Position numbers and translations under genes: made by a program. A model generated the notes under the pieces. That model was not told the DNA's origin. It ran no database searches and saw only the letters and a program-made list of their open reading frames with translations. 64,000 nucleotides of DNA from Planctomycetota bacterium (GTDB taxonomy: Bacteria > Planctomycetota > B15-G4). This document shows positions 55,614 through 64,000 of the stretch, piece after piece; the stretch's first letter is position 1, and each line of letters opens with the position of its first letter. The DNA is taken from the NCBI GenBank assembly GCA_965248575.1, contig CBDFJQ010000002.1:4960001-5024000 (forward strand), given 5' to 3'.

Positions 55614-57020
55614 ATGAAGTTCACCTTGTCTGCGCTTGTCGCTCTGTGTGCGGTGACGGGCTTTTCCCAAGACGTTCAGGCCCAGAACCCACCGGGTGAG
55701 GCGCCTGCCCTTGGTACCAATCGCACCCAGCAGTCCGACATCACAGGCGGTGGCCTGTCGCTGACGGACATTCGCAAGGCCGGGCTCAAGATCTTCGCCA
55801 CGCCGACCAACAAGTTGGACGGCTACGGCGACGGTCCCGTGAACTTTGCAGACACGACGAGCCCTGGTGGCCGTCCGACCCTGCAGGGCAACGGCACCTT
55901 CCTGCGCGTGAACGGTCTGGATGCCCAGAACTGTCAGGAATGCCACTCGGTGGGCAGCAACGCCGAGGTTCCGTTCCGCTTCGCCATTGGCGGTGTGGGC
56001 GGCAGCAACAACAACGCCATCTTCCAGCCTCGGAACATCGATGTTGATGACGATGCCGGTGCTGGTGAGGCGTCCTTCAACGGCCGCTACATCAACCCGC
56101 CCTTCCTGTTCGGTTCGGGTGGTGTGGAGCTGCTTGCCAAGGAGATGACGAAGAATCTCATCGCCATTCGTCGCGGTGCTCGTCAGACGCCCAACGTCTT
56201 CGTGCCCCTGACCACCAAGGGCGTGAACTTCGGCTCCATTCGCTATGACGGTTTCTCACAGAGCTTCGACCTCTCCAAGATCGAGGGCGTCTCCAAGGAC
56301 CTGGTCGTTCGTCCGTTCGGCCGCAAGGGTGACAACGCCACGGCACGTCAGTTCGACATCGGGGCCCTTCAGTTCCACTTGGGCATGCAGCCGGAAGAGG
56401 CCGTGGGAACGGGAGTCGATGCCGACGGTGATGGTGTGGTCAACGAGATCCTTATCGGTGAGCTCTCTGCGCTGCACATCTTCGACACCAACTTGGAACG
56501 TCCGACGCAGGATCCGCTGACCCCCGATGCTGCCGCTGGTTCCGTCTTGTTCAACAGCCTGGGCTGCGCCACCTGTCACGTGCCCTTCCTGGACACGACG
56601 ACACCGGTGCTCACGTACAGCTTCCCGGAGATTCACGCCAAGCCCGCGCTCAACGTGTACTACGGTGCCGACTTGAACGCCGGCCCGGCTGGCTTCGACC
56701 TGAGCGGTGGTGGCGGCATTCGCGTGCCCTTGTTCTCGGATCTCAAGCGGCACGACATGGGTCCGGGACTGGCGGAGGATTTCGGCGATGATCTGGATGC
56801 CGAGTTCGTCACCGCTCGCCTGTGGGGTATCGCGGACACCGCTCCCTACCTCCACGATGGTCGCGCGCTCACTTTGACCGATGCGATCCTGATGCACGGT
56901 GGTGACGCTCAAGGCGCTCGTGATGCCTTCGATGTTCTTGCTGACCAGCAGCGCATCGAGGTCTTGAGCTTCTTGCGCACCCTGCGCACGCCCATCGATC
57001 CTGCTGTGGATCTGCTCTAG
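55614..57020 (+). CDS. Secreted di-heme oxidoreductase (DHOR/peroxidase-like)
   Basis: GAGGAG RBS; signal peptide; CQECH, CATCH, PFGRKG, FSDLKRHDMG, LWG...TAPYLHDGRA. Confidence 0.9.
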   Translation: MKFTLSALVALCAVTGFSQDVQAQNPPGEAPALGTNRTQQSDITGGGLSLTDIRKAGLKIFATPTNKLDGYGDGPVNFADTTSPGGRPTLQGNGTFLRVNGLDAQNCQECHSVGSNAEVPFRFAIGGVGGSNNNAIFQPRNIDVDDDAGAGEASFNGRYINPPFLFGSGGVELLAKEMTKNLIAIRRGARQTPNVFVPLTTKGVNFGSIRYDGFSQSFDLSKIEGVSKDLVVRPFGRKGDNATARQFDIGALQFHLGMQPEEAVGTGVDADGDGVVNEILIGELSALHIFDTNLERPTQDPLTPDAAAGSVLFNSLGCATCHVPFLDTTTPVLTYSFPEIHAKPALNVYYGADLNAGPAGFDLSGGGGIRVPLFSDLKRHDMGPGLAEDFGDDLDAEFVTARLWGIADTAPYLHDGRALTLTDAILMHGGDAQGARDAFDVLADQQRIEVLSFLRTLRTPIDPAVDLL

Positions 57021-57072
57021 GGCGCAGTCCTGAGTGATGCGCCCTCCTGTCCGGAGGCGCGACACCCAGCCT

Positions 57073-57109
57073 TCGCGGGCCCGTCGAGTGTTGCTCGGCG
57101 GGCCCGCGA
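57073..57109. terminator. Hairpin between convergent genes
   Basis: TCGCGGGCCCGTCGAG-tgttg-CTCGGCGGGCCCGCGA. Confidence 0.72.
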
Positions 57110-57120
57110 TTCGTTTCGGC

Positions 57121-57978
57121 TCAGGCGCAATCCTTGCGCAGGATCACTTCCACCACCACCGGGGTAAGGACAAAGGTGGGTGGTCCCGTGCGGTCGAGCT
57201 CACGTGCGTCCAGCTCGAGCAAGGCGGCCTCGCAGTCCCCGACACTGCACAGGCCGCGTTCGACGAGCTTCGGGAGCCAGCTTCGCAGGAATCCGGTGAC
57301 CCAGCGCCATTCCGGCGATGCCACCCGGCCCAGACGGGCTGTTGGTTCGAAGTGCTCGACACGGAAACCATTTGCCTGGGCCAAGCCCGGGAGCTCGTCG
57401 CCCACATCGATGTTGGAACCCCCGGCGGGCCAGGCCGCCATGCAGACCTCCACCGCCCTGTCGAAGGCTGCGCTGCGCGGAACCAGCTTCATGGCGCCCC
57501 AATCCAGGTACTCCTGGATCACGAAGGCTCCGCCAGGGGCGAGCGCCTGCTTGACCTGGCTGACGACCTCGCCAGGCTTTTCGAGCCAGCAGAGGAGCCA
57601 GCGGGTGTAGACCAACTGCAGGCTGCCAGGTGGGACGTCCAGAGATTCAGCGGGCCCGAGCGCAGTCGACACATGCGACCAGTTCTGGCGGCTGCGCCCC
57701 CGTTCCAGGTCTTCGAGGAAGCGGGCGCTCACATCCTGGCCGGTGACGTGCCCATGGGGGCCGACGAGCTGGGCCAGCTCGAAGGTGGTGAAGCCCGGAC
57801 CGCAGCCCAGATCGAACACCTTGTCCCCGGGCAGGAGCCCTGCACGCTTGCAGAGGGCACGCAGGCGTTCCGCCCACGCTTCATGTTGCTCGCGCAGGCG
57901 TCGGGTCTCTTCGGAATCCGTGCCGAGGATGTACTCCTGCTCGGGTTCCTGTCCTGGGTGGGATGCGGCGTCCACCAT
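57121..57978 (-). CDS. Class I SAM-dependent methyltransferase
   Basis: YILG...E..RL..QH, FDLGCGPG, RWLLCW, LAPGG; coupled to the upstream stop (GTGATG). Confidence 0.9.
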   Translation of the reverse strand: MVDAASHPGQEPEQEYILGTDSEETRRLREQHEAWAERLRALCKRAGLLPGDKVFDLGCGPGFTTFELAQLVGPHGHVTGQDVSARFLEDLERGRSRQNWSHVSTALGPAESLDVPPGSLQLVYTRWLLCWLEKPGEVVSQVKQALAPGGAFVIQEYLDWGAMKLVPRSAAFDRAVEVCMAAWPAGGSNIDVGDELPGLAQANGFRVEHFEPTARLGRVASPEWRWVTGFLRSWLPKLVERGLCSVGDCEAALLELDARELDRTGPPTFVLTPVVVEVILRKDCA

Positions 57979-60284
57979 CACAGGTAACCCATCTCGATCA
58001 TCCACTGCCGCTTGGCTGGGTCCATGGCGTCGGCTTCGTCGGGGATGCTCGCGTCGCGGCTCAGCTCCACGCGCCGGCGTGCCCAACTCAAGGCGGCCGC
58101 CTGCACGTCCTTGGCCTCGGGGGAATCGAGCAGGTCGACGGCTTCGCCTGGGTCCGCACCCAGGTTGTGCAGTGCGCGGGGGACGAGCTCACCATCAGGC
58201 GTTACGCCAGCGATCAACTTGTAGCTGCCCCAGCGCACGGCAATCTCGTCCGCCAACCCCTCCTTCGGGGCGCTGTGCAGCACGTGTGAGATGAGCGGCG
58301 CCTGGGGGATGCCGTGGCCCGCTCCTGCGCGCAGTGCTTCGCTCAGGTCCCTGCCTTGCCAACTGTCAGGGATCGAGCCCCCTACCAGGCCCAGCAGGGT
58401 GGGGGCGAGGTCCACCTGGCTCACGGCTTCCTGCCGCCGTTGTGCGCTCGGCACCGACTCGGGCCAGCGCAGGACCCAGGGCACATGCAGCTCCTCTTCG
58501 TAGAGGGTTCGCCGGTGTTCGAAGGCTCCATGCTCTCCGAAGCCCTCACCGTGGTCGGACACGAACGCGAAGACGGTGTTCTGCTTGCGCCCCGTGGCCT
58601 CCAGCGTGTCGTCGATCAGGCCAATCTCCCGATCGTTGAACAAGATCTCTGCGTCGTAGCGCGTGGCGTTGCCCAGCACGTCCGGCGGCATCGAGGCGAA
58701 TTGCGGGCCTGCCGGGCCCTGCGCCAACTCCGCCACGAAACTCGCCGGCGGGTCATAGGGCACATGGGGGTCGCCAGAATGGGCATAGACGAAGACTTGC
58801 TCGTCCTTGTGCTCTTCCAAGAACGCGCGGATGGGGCCGCCGATGAGGCGCGAGGTGAGGGAGTCAGCCGCATGCACGGCGCCATAGGCCGGCGGGTCGT
58901 GCCAGATGTCCATGCCCTGCTCAAGCCCAGCCCACTCGCTGGCGTTGAAGTTGGTGACGAAGGACGTTGTCAAATAGCCGTGCTCCGCCAAGCGTTCAGC
59001 AAGAGTCTCGACATGGGAGGAGACCCGGTTGAGGTGTGAGTTGTTGCCGTGGGTGATGGGGTCCAGCGACGTGAGCAGGGAGCTCGTGGCCGGGCGCGTC
59101 CAGTTGCTGGAAGCCATGACGCTCTCGAAGACGACGCCCTCCTCGGCGATGGCCTGCAGCCGGGGGTCGGTCTGCCGCTCGTATCCGTAGGTGGCCAGGC
59201 GGTCGGCTCGGAGGGTGTCCACCAGGTAGAGCACGATGCTGGGGCGGGCTTCCTCAGCGGGGGCCATGCGCACGACATTGCCCACGAGCACGACGGCATG
59301 TCGGCCGCCACCCTCGGTCATGAGTTCCAGCTGTGTCGCTTTCCCGGCCCGGGGGGAGAGGTCGATGGCGACCTCCAACCACTGGTCGTCGGGCTGCAGC
59401 GTCCAGCTGCTTTCTGCGAGCTCTCCCGAGCTGTCCCGCAAACGGATGGTCGCGGGTGAGTCGGCACCGGCCACGGCAAGAGACATGCGCAGCCGCTCCA
59501 CAGGCCGCGGCGTGATCTCCGCCTTGAGGGAATCGGCGCCCCTGACAATGCTGCCCACGCAATAGATGCCCGCCCGCGCGAGGCGCTGGCTGCCAGTCGC
59601 CGCATGGTCAAACTCCGAGATGATGTGGAGCTCGTCCAGCTCCGCCTTGACGGCACCTTTGCCACGCAGCGTGACGCGCAACTCCTTCACGCCTTCTGCA
59701 GCGTCGCGCGCCTTTGACCAGCGCTTGCGCCCCGGCGGGTCGCCTGGCTCCGGCGGCAGCAGGTGGCGCGTGCCTCGCAGGCTGGACACGGGGATTGCGA
59801 GGGTCTGGAACTCCTCTCCTGCACTTGAATCCAGGATCTGTCGGTAGGCGCGGGACTCGTGGAAGGTCTCGTCGCCATCGCGCCAATGCACCAGCACTTC
59901 CGTCACGAGGCGCGTGCGCAGGCGCATGCTGATGACGTGGTGGATCTCCGGGTCGAGGGTCGGCCCCTCAATGACAACGGCGCCGTCCCCCGCGAGCAGC
60001 ATGCGACCGTCCTTGAACTGACGATGGGTGTTTCCCGCCGGTTCCCAGCGCATGGGGCCGCGGTCCGCGTCAGCTGTGTCGAAGTCCCAGCTGATGGACA
60101 GCGGGGTCGCGTCCGAAACGTGCAGCGGCTCCCAGGGAAGCCCACGCTCGACCACCGCGAACAGCCGATCCGCTGGCTGGGTCGCTGGCTGGGGCTGCTC
60201 GGAGCAGGCCATGGCCAGCACGAGTGGCAGGAGCGCTAACATCCACGAGCGTCTTGAATGCGATGAATTCATGGGCGGCATCAT
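57978..60284 (-). CDS. Sulfatase-like lipoprotein (WT.P type) with N-terminal beta-sandwich domains
   Basis: AMAC lipobox-like site; VDTLRADRL, SSNWTRPA..SLLT, DPHVPY, SDHGEGF, EMGYL. Confidence 0.88.
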   Translation of the reverse strand: MMPPMNSSHSRRSWMLALLPLVLAMACSEQPQPATQPADRLFAVVERGLPWEPLHVSDATPLSISWDFDTADADRGPMRWEPAGNTHRQFKDGRMLLAGDGAVVIEGPTLDPEIHHVISMRLRTRLVTEVLVHWRDGDETFHESRAYRQILDSSAGEEFQTLAIPVSSLRGTRHLLPPEPGDPPGRKRWSKARDAAEGVKELRVTLRGKGAVKAELDELHIISEFDHAATGSQRLARAGIYCVGSIVRGADSLKAEITPRPVERLRMSLAVAGADSPATIRLRDSSGELAESSWTLQPDDQWLEVAIDLSPRAGKATQLELMTEGGGRHAVVLVGNVVRMAPAEEARPSIVLYLVDTLRADRLATYGYERQTDPRLQAIAEEGVVFESVMASSNWTRPATSSLLTSLDPITHGNNSHLNRVSSHVETLAERLAEHGYLTTSFVTNFNASEWAGLEQGMDIWHDPPAYGAVHAADSLTSRLIGGPIRAFLEEHKDEQVFVYAHSGDPHVPYDPPASFVAELAQGPAGPQFASMPPDVLGNATRYDAEILFNDREIGLIDDTLEATGRKQNTVFAFVSDHGEGFGEHGAFEHRRTLYEEELHVPWVLRWPESVPSAQRRQEAVSQVDLAPTLLGLVGGSIPDSWQGRDLSEALRAGAGHGIPQAPLISHVLHSAPKEGLADEIAVRWGSYKLIAGVTPDGELVPRALHNLGADPGEAVDLLDSPEAKDVQAAALSWARRRVELSRDASIPDEADAMDPAKRQWMIEMGYL

Positions 60285-61480
60285 ACGGAGCCCCGTGGGG
60301 GTGCCCCAGGGTCGACACGGATTGAGGGGAGATCGTCGGCGAAGAGTGGGTGAGCGCGCGCGGCGACGGAGGCGACTCCACGCAGTTTCCCGCCCTCCAT
60401 CAATAGGATCTGCTCAGCGAGGTTGACGGTCGTGCACACGTGCCGCGGTACGAGCAGCAGCTCGTCTCCGCGCTGAGGGGTGGGGCCGCTCGTCACCTGC
60501 AAGGGAAGATGTTCTTCGCTGGGAGGCTGGGCTACGAGCTCAGGTCGGCCCAGGGCGAAGGCCGCGGGGTCACCGGCATCGGCCGAGATGGACTTGGCGC
60601 CAGCATCGCAGGTCACGCTGTTGCTCTTCGGCTGGCTGACAATGCGTGAGAACAGCAGGGCTGCGGGCGCCAGGTCGAGGTCGGGGTTCTCCTCCTCCGA
60701 GCGCTGGTCGTGCAAGACGACAGTGCCGGGTGAGACCTGGTGCAGGCAGCCCTCCATGGACTCGAAGGGCGTGTACTGCATGGCCAGTCGAAAGGTCGGG
60801 GTTCCGCTGGTGATGATCTCTGCCACCTGGATCCCGCGTTCGCCGAGCTGCTGGACGAGCTGCATGAGCCCGTCGTAGGCCTCAAAGGCCTGGGTGCGCC
60901 TTTGGGCCAGCTCTCCGTGCAGGTGTCCATCGTAGAAGTGGACACCACGAAACCGGGGACCTGCCGCAGCGGCAACGGCATGGATGCTCTCCCTGGCGGA
61001 GAGCGGTAGGCCGGTGCGATGCATGCCCGGGTTGACGTCCACGAAGACACCGATGTTGGCCGGAAGCTGCGCGGCGGTCTGGGCGTCTTCGCACAGCACG
61101 GAGACCTTGGCCTGGGGATGTCGGCTGGCGATTGTGTGCAGGGCTCCCAGCGCGGGGCCCACGAGGGGATAGGCCACCAGCACGTCGCCATGGGACACGC
61201 CCTCGTGGTCGAGGGTCTGCAGGAGCACGTCGAGCTCCCGGGTCGTTGCGCACTTGAAGCGGCGCACGCCTTCCCGCACGAGCTGCTGGAAGATCTCGGG
61301 GGTCTTGGTGGTCTTGACGTGCGGTCGCCAGCGCTCGGGCCCCCGGGTCAGGGCGAGCACGGTGCGGACATTGTCTCGCACCCGGTCCAGGTAGATCACG
61401 AGCGCGGGCGACAGCAGCTGGTCACGGACCTCCGCGGGGAGGGCGTAGTCGGCGGGGTCCAGGGAGGCAAGGCGAGGCAT
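60281..61480 (-). CDS. PLP fold-type III enzyme (D-threonine aldolase / D-serine dehydratase DSD1-like)
   Basis: WRPHVKTTK, KCAT, GMHRTG, HFYDGH, DAGAKS, SEEHL, PRHVCTTVNL. Confidence 0.9.
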   Translation of the reverse strand: MPRLASLDPADYALPAEVRDQLLSPALVIYLDRVRDNVRTVLALTRGPERWRPHVKTTKTPEIFQQLVREGVRRFKCATTRELDVLLQTLDHEGVSHGDVLVAYPLVGPALGALHTIASRHPQAKVSVLCEDAQTAAQLPANIGVFVDVNPGMHRTGLPLSARESIHAVAAAAGPRFRGVHFYDGHLHGELAQRRTQAFEAYDGLMQLVQQLGERGIQVAEIITSGTPTFRLAMQYTPFESMEGCLHQVSPGTVVLHDQRSEEENPDLDLAPAALLFSRIVSQPKSNSVTCDAGAKSISADAGDPAAFALGRPELVAQPPSEEHLPLQVTSGPTPQRGDELLLVPRHVCTTVNLAEQILLMEGGKLRGVASVAARAHPLFADDLPSIRVDPGAPPRGSV

Positions 61481-61551
61481 GGCGAAGGAGCAGCTTCCTC
61501 AGGAGCGGGGGGCGAACGCACAAAGGTACCCCGTCCCCTATCGCCTCAGCT

Positions 61552-62742
61552 TCAACTCGTCTCGAGGGAGGCGTGAATCCGGGCATAGGATGCAAAGCGG
61601 CTGGCCGCTATGAGTCCGCTGTCGACCCCCTGGCGGACGCCGCACTCCGGCTCGACCAGATGGCTGCAGTCCCGGTATCGACATGCGCTTGCGCACTCCG
61701 CGAAGTCCGGAAAGGCGTGTCGGAGCGCCTCCCGATCCATGTCCCAGAGGCCGAAGGCCCGCACTCCCGGCGTATCGATGACTTCCGTGCTGTTGGGCAG
61801 GATGGTGAGGGTGGAGTGGGTTGTCGTGTGGCGACCCTTTCCATCTCCCTCACGCCCTGCACGGGTTTGCCGCTCGCCGTGTGGGTCCAGGGCGTTCAAG
61901 AGCGATGACTTGCCCACACCGCTGTGGCCCACGAAGACGGAGCGCTTTCCCTGCAGGTGCCGACCCAAGTCACCGAGGCCCTCCCCGGACTCGGCGGAGA
62001 GAAGCAGGGTCGGGACATCGAGGGCGGCGTAGGGCTGGAAGGCATCGCGAATGCTCGCGCGCTCTGCAGCGGACACGAGGTCGATCTTGTTGGCGACCAC
62101 TAGCGGTGCCACGCCCTCCTCTCCCAACGCGACGAGGAACCGGTCGACCAGGCCAGGCTTGAAGGCCGGCCGCCGGGCGGCCAGGACCAGCACGGCCACG
62201 TCGATGTTGGCTGCGAGCAGGCGTCTTCGGTGAGCGTTGCCTGGGTCTGGTCGCGAGAGGCTGCTGCGGCGGGCTTCGACGTGCACGACACGGGGGTGAT
62301 TGTCGACCCCTTGGACTCGGACGATGTCACCAACTGCCAGTGCGCTTTGCTGAACCATGGCCAAGTCTGGCGACAACTCGGCGTCCACGATGCCACCGGG
62401 AAGGTTGACCTCGGCACGCCCACGTCCCAAGCAGAGGACGCAGCCTCGAACGGTGGTGGAGTTGTCAGCTTCCCGTGTTGCCGGAGTGTCAGGAGATCTC
62501 TTGATCTGCCTGCTTTCTTGGTTGTCCTTGCGGCTCATCTGTTCCAAGGGAGCCACGTCGTCTGTCGTGTCCAACCAATCGTGCTGGCGAGGTGGTTTGG
62601 CGAGGCGCGCGTTCTTGCGTTGTCGCGATTGTTCCTTGAGTCGTTTGTTGTCTTCGGGTTTGCGGCGATTCTCGAAGTGCTTCTCGATCATGGCCTTCTG
62701 CTTCTTCCGGGATTTGCCGGAACGCTTGTGGAACTCAGTCAA
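61552..62742 (-). CDS. rsgA: Ribosome small subunit-dependent GTPase with a basic N-terminal extension
   Basis: AVGD, LAANID, NKID, GHSGVGKSSLLN, GRHTTT, DTPG, C.YRDCSH..EP.C zinc site; TTG start. Confidence 0.93.
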   Translation of the reverse strand: MTEFHKRSGKSRKKQKAMIEKHFENRRKPEDNKRLKEQSRQRKNARLAKPPRQHDWLDTTDDVAPLEQMSRKDNQESRQIKRSPDTPATREADNSTTVRGCVLCLGRGRAEVNLPGGIVDAELSPDLAMVQQSALAVGDIVRVQGVDNHPRVVHVEARRSSLSRPDPGNAHRRRLLAANIDVAVLVLAARRPAFKPGLVDRFLVALGEEGVAPLVVANKIDLVSAAERASIRDAFQPYAALDVPTLLLSAESGEGLGDLGRHLQGKRSVFVGHSGVGKSSLLNALDPHGERQTRAGREGDGKGRHTTTHSTLTILPNSTEVIDTPGVRAFGLWDMDREALRHAFPDFAECASACRYRDCSHLVEPECGVRQGVDSGLIAASRFASYARIHASLETS

Positions 62743-62926
62743 TGGATCAGTCTCAGGTCGTGCGGAAGCTGGTTCGAGCTCCAGCGCAGTCCACGGGCAG
62801 CGGTCTGGGATCCAGACCCGCTAACGGCAGGGCAGCGAGAAACTCAGGGGCCGAAGCGCGGCGCGTGGCCAGCGACTTCGGAGCACTCCACAGGGCGCGA
62901 GACGGGAGGCCGGCTCAGGCGCCGAC

Positions 62927-62977
62927 TCAGGCCCAGGTGGAGGCGCGAAGGACGACAAGGGCAGTGGTCTTGGTCAT
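62927..62977 (-). CDS. Putative 16-aa leader peptide MTKTTALVVLRASTWA upstream of rsgA
   Basis: GAGGAGGAG RBS 5 nt before ATG; the stop codon overlaps a hairpin; 184 nt upstream of rsgA. Confidence 0.6.
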   Translation of the reverse strand: MTKTTALVVLRASTWA

Positions 62978-63108
62978 CGGGGCTCCTCCTCGGTCGATCG
63001 GCTCGGTCTTGGTCCAGGCCCTGCCCGTCTGCTTCGCAGGTGGGAAAGCCGGACGCTCAAATCTGCCCGTGAGTGCCGTTCAAGCGGTTCTGCGGGCGCG
63101 AGGGATCA

Positions 63109-63137
63109 AAACTATCGCTCGTTGGCCGTCTGTGCAA
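63109..63137 (-). promoter_or_regulatory. Sigma70-like promoter candidate for the leader-rsgA transcript
   Basis: TTGCAC-N17-TAGTTT on the minus strand. Confidence 0.45.
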
Positions 63138-63361
63138 TGACGCAAATCGAGCCCAACGCACCCCGAGCTGGAGGCTCGCCCGCTTCTGGAACGTCAAACG
63201 GGGGAGTTGAGAGATCCCTGATTCCGTCATAAGGTGGGCGTCGCGTCACTCACCCCGCCAGCGGCCGTCGCCCGAATCGTCGGTCCGCAATCTTGGCGGC
63301 TCTCCCCTGAGTGACCTCTCCCGAAGCCTCGACGTTTCTCTCCCCGAACCGGAATCCGCCC

Positions 63362-64000
63362 ATGGGTGCCCGTGTGTCTTCACTTTCAGTCCGTTCCCTG
63401 CTGTTGGCTAGTGCGTGCGTGTTCGCTGCGCCCACGGGCCTGCTCGCGCAGGAGATCCAAGGCGCTTTGCCTGAGACTCTCAGCGACAGCGTCAATCGCC
63501 AACTCGACCTCACCGAGAGTGCGATCTTCTCACTTGCTGTGAGCGGCGAGCCGGGGCAAGCCATCCGCACCACCGTCCCCTTGCACGGTGTGCCCTTCAC
63601 GCTGGACCTGGCCCCGCATTCCACACGTTCGGAAGTCTCCTACCAGGTCCTGGTCCAGGGCGCTGACGGAAACATGACGGAGGCAGAACCATCGCCCGTG
63701 CTGACCTTGCGCGGAACCGTGGTCGGCATGCCCGGCAGCGTGGTGGCCGGAACCTACGATGAGCTCGGCGGATTGTACGCCCGCATTCGTTTCGAAGAGA
63801 CCGAAGAAGAGTTCTGGGTCGAGCAGCTGTCGGCCAAGCTCGACGGCTTCGCTCCAGACCTGCACGTGGTCTACAGCAGCGACGCCGTCATCTCCTCCCT
63901 GGGACAGTGTGGCGTCACGGCGCTGCCGACCATCGACAAGAGCCACGTCCACGGCGGCAAGGAGTTCGGTGGGGCTCCCGCATGTGGCGTCGGGCTCTGC
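63362..64000 (+). CDS. Partial secreted M12B/reprolysin-like metallopeptidase (prodomain only in this window)
   Basis: Not in the ORF track. Manual translation: MGARVSSLSVRSLLLASACVFAAP..., FTLDLAPHS, LRGTVVG.PGSVVAG, FWVE, HVVY and cysteine-switch-like CGV; open to the window edge. Confidence 0.72.
   Translation, partial: MGARVSSLSVRSLLLASACVFAAPTGLLAQEIQGALPETLSDSVNRQLDLTESAIFSLAVSGEPGQAIRTTVPLHGVPFTLDLAPHSTRSEVSYQVLVQGADGNMTEAEPSPVLTLRGTVVGMPGSVVAGTYDELGGLYARIRFEETEEEFWVEQLSAKLDGFAPDLHVVYSSDAVISSLGQCGVTALPTIDKSHVHGGKEFGGAPACGVGLC

Noticed and set aside
1..64000. Mobile elements, prophage, defence systems, tRNA or rRNA genes
   Set aside because: No transposase, integrase, phage, restriction or cas motifs, no structural-RNA signatures, and no obvious compositional island.

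Overview
A GC-rich bacterial chromosomal segment with about 50 protein-coding genes. I see no rRNA, tRNA, CRISPR array, transposase or phage gene. The gene content points, by inference, to a deep-branching Planctomycetota genome: a planctomycete-type ECF sigma factor coupled to a Ser/Thr kinase, a TPR kinase, sulfatase-like lipoproteins, a multiheme cytochrome-TPR protein, a HEAT-VWA protein and many secreted enzymes. Main observations: (1) a shared ~120-aa domain ends three unrelated secreted proteins, always with a final Pro, and probably occurs N-terminally in a fourth; it is a candidate lineage-specific sorting or anchoring module and co-occurs with a major pilin and a four-gene minor-pilin cassette. 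(2) A 16-aa leader peptide with a strong RBS and hairpins lies upstream of an N-terminally extended rsgA, a candidate ribosome-sensing attenuator. (3) An ECF sigma/kinase-toastrack pair sits divergent from an SDAH-repeat lipoprotein. (4) A sigma54-type promoter precedes a thioredoxin/AhpD-like/flavoprotein operon divergent from flavodoxin. (5) A cryptic DUF1801-like pseudogene and a DTW-DnaQ-like fusion are also present. All family assignments come from motif recognition by eye; no searches were run.
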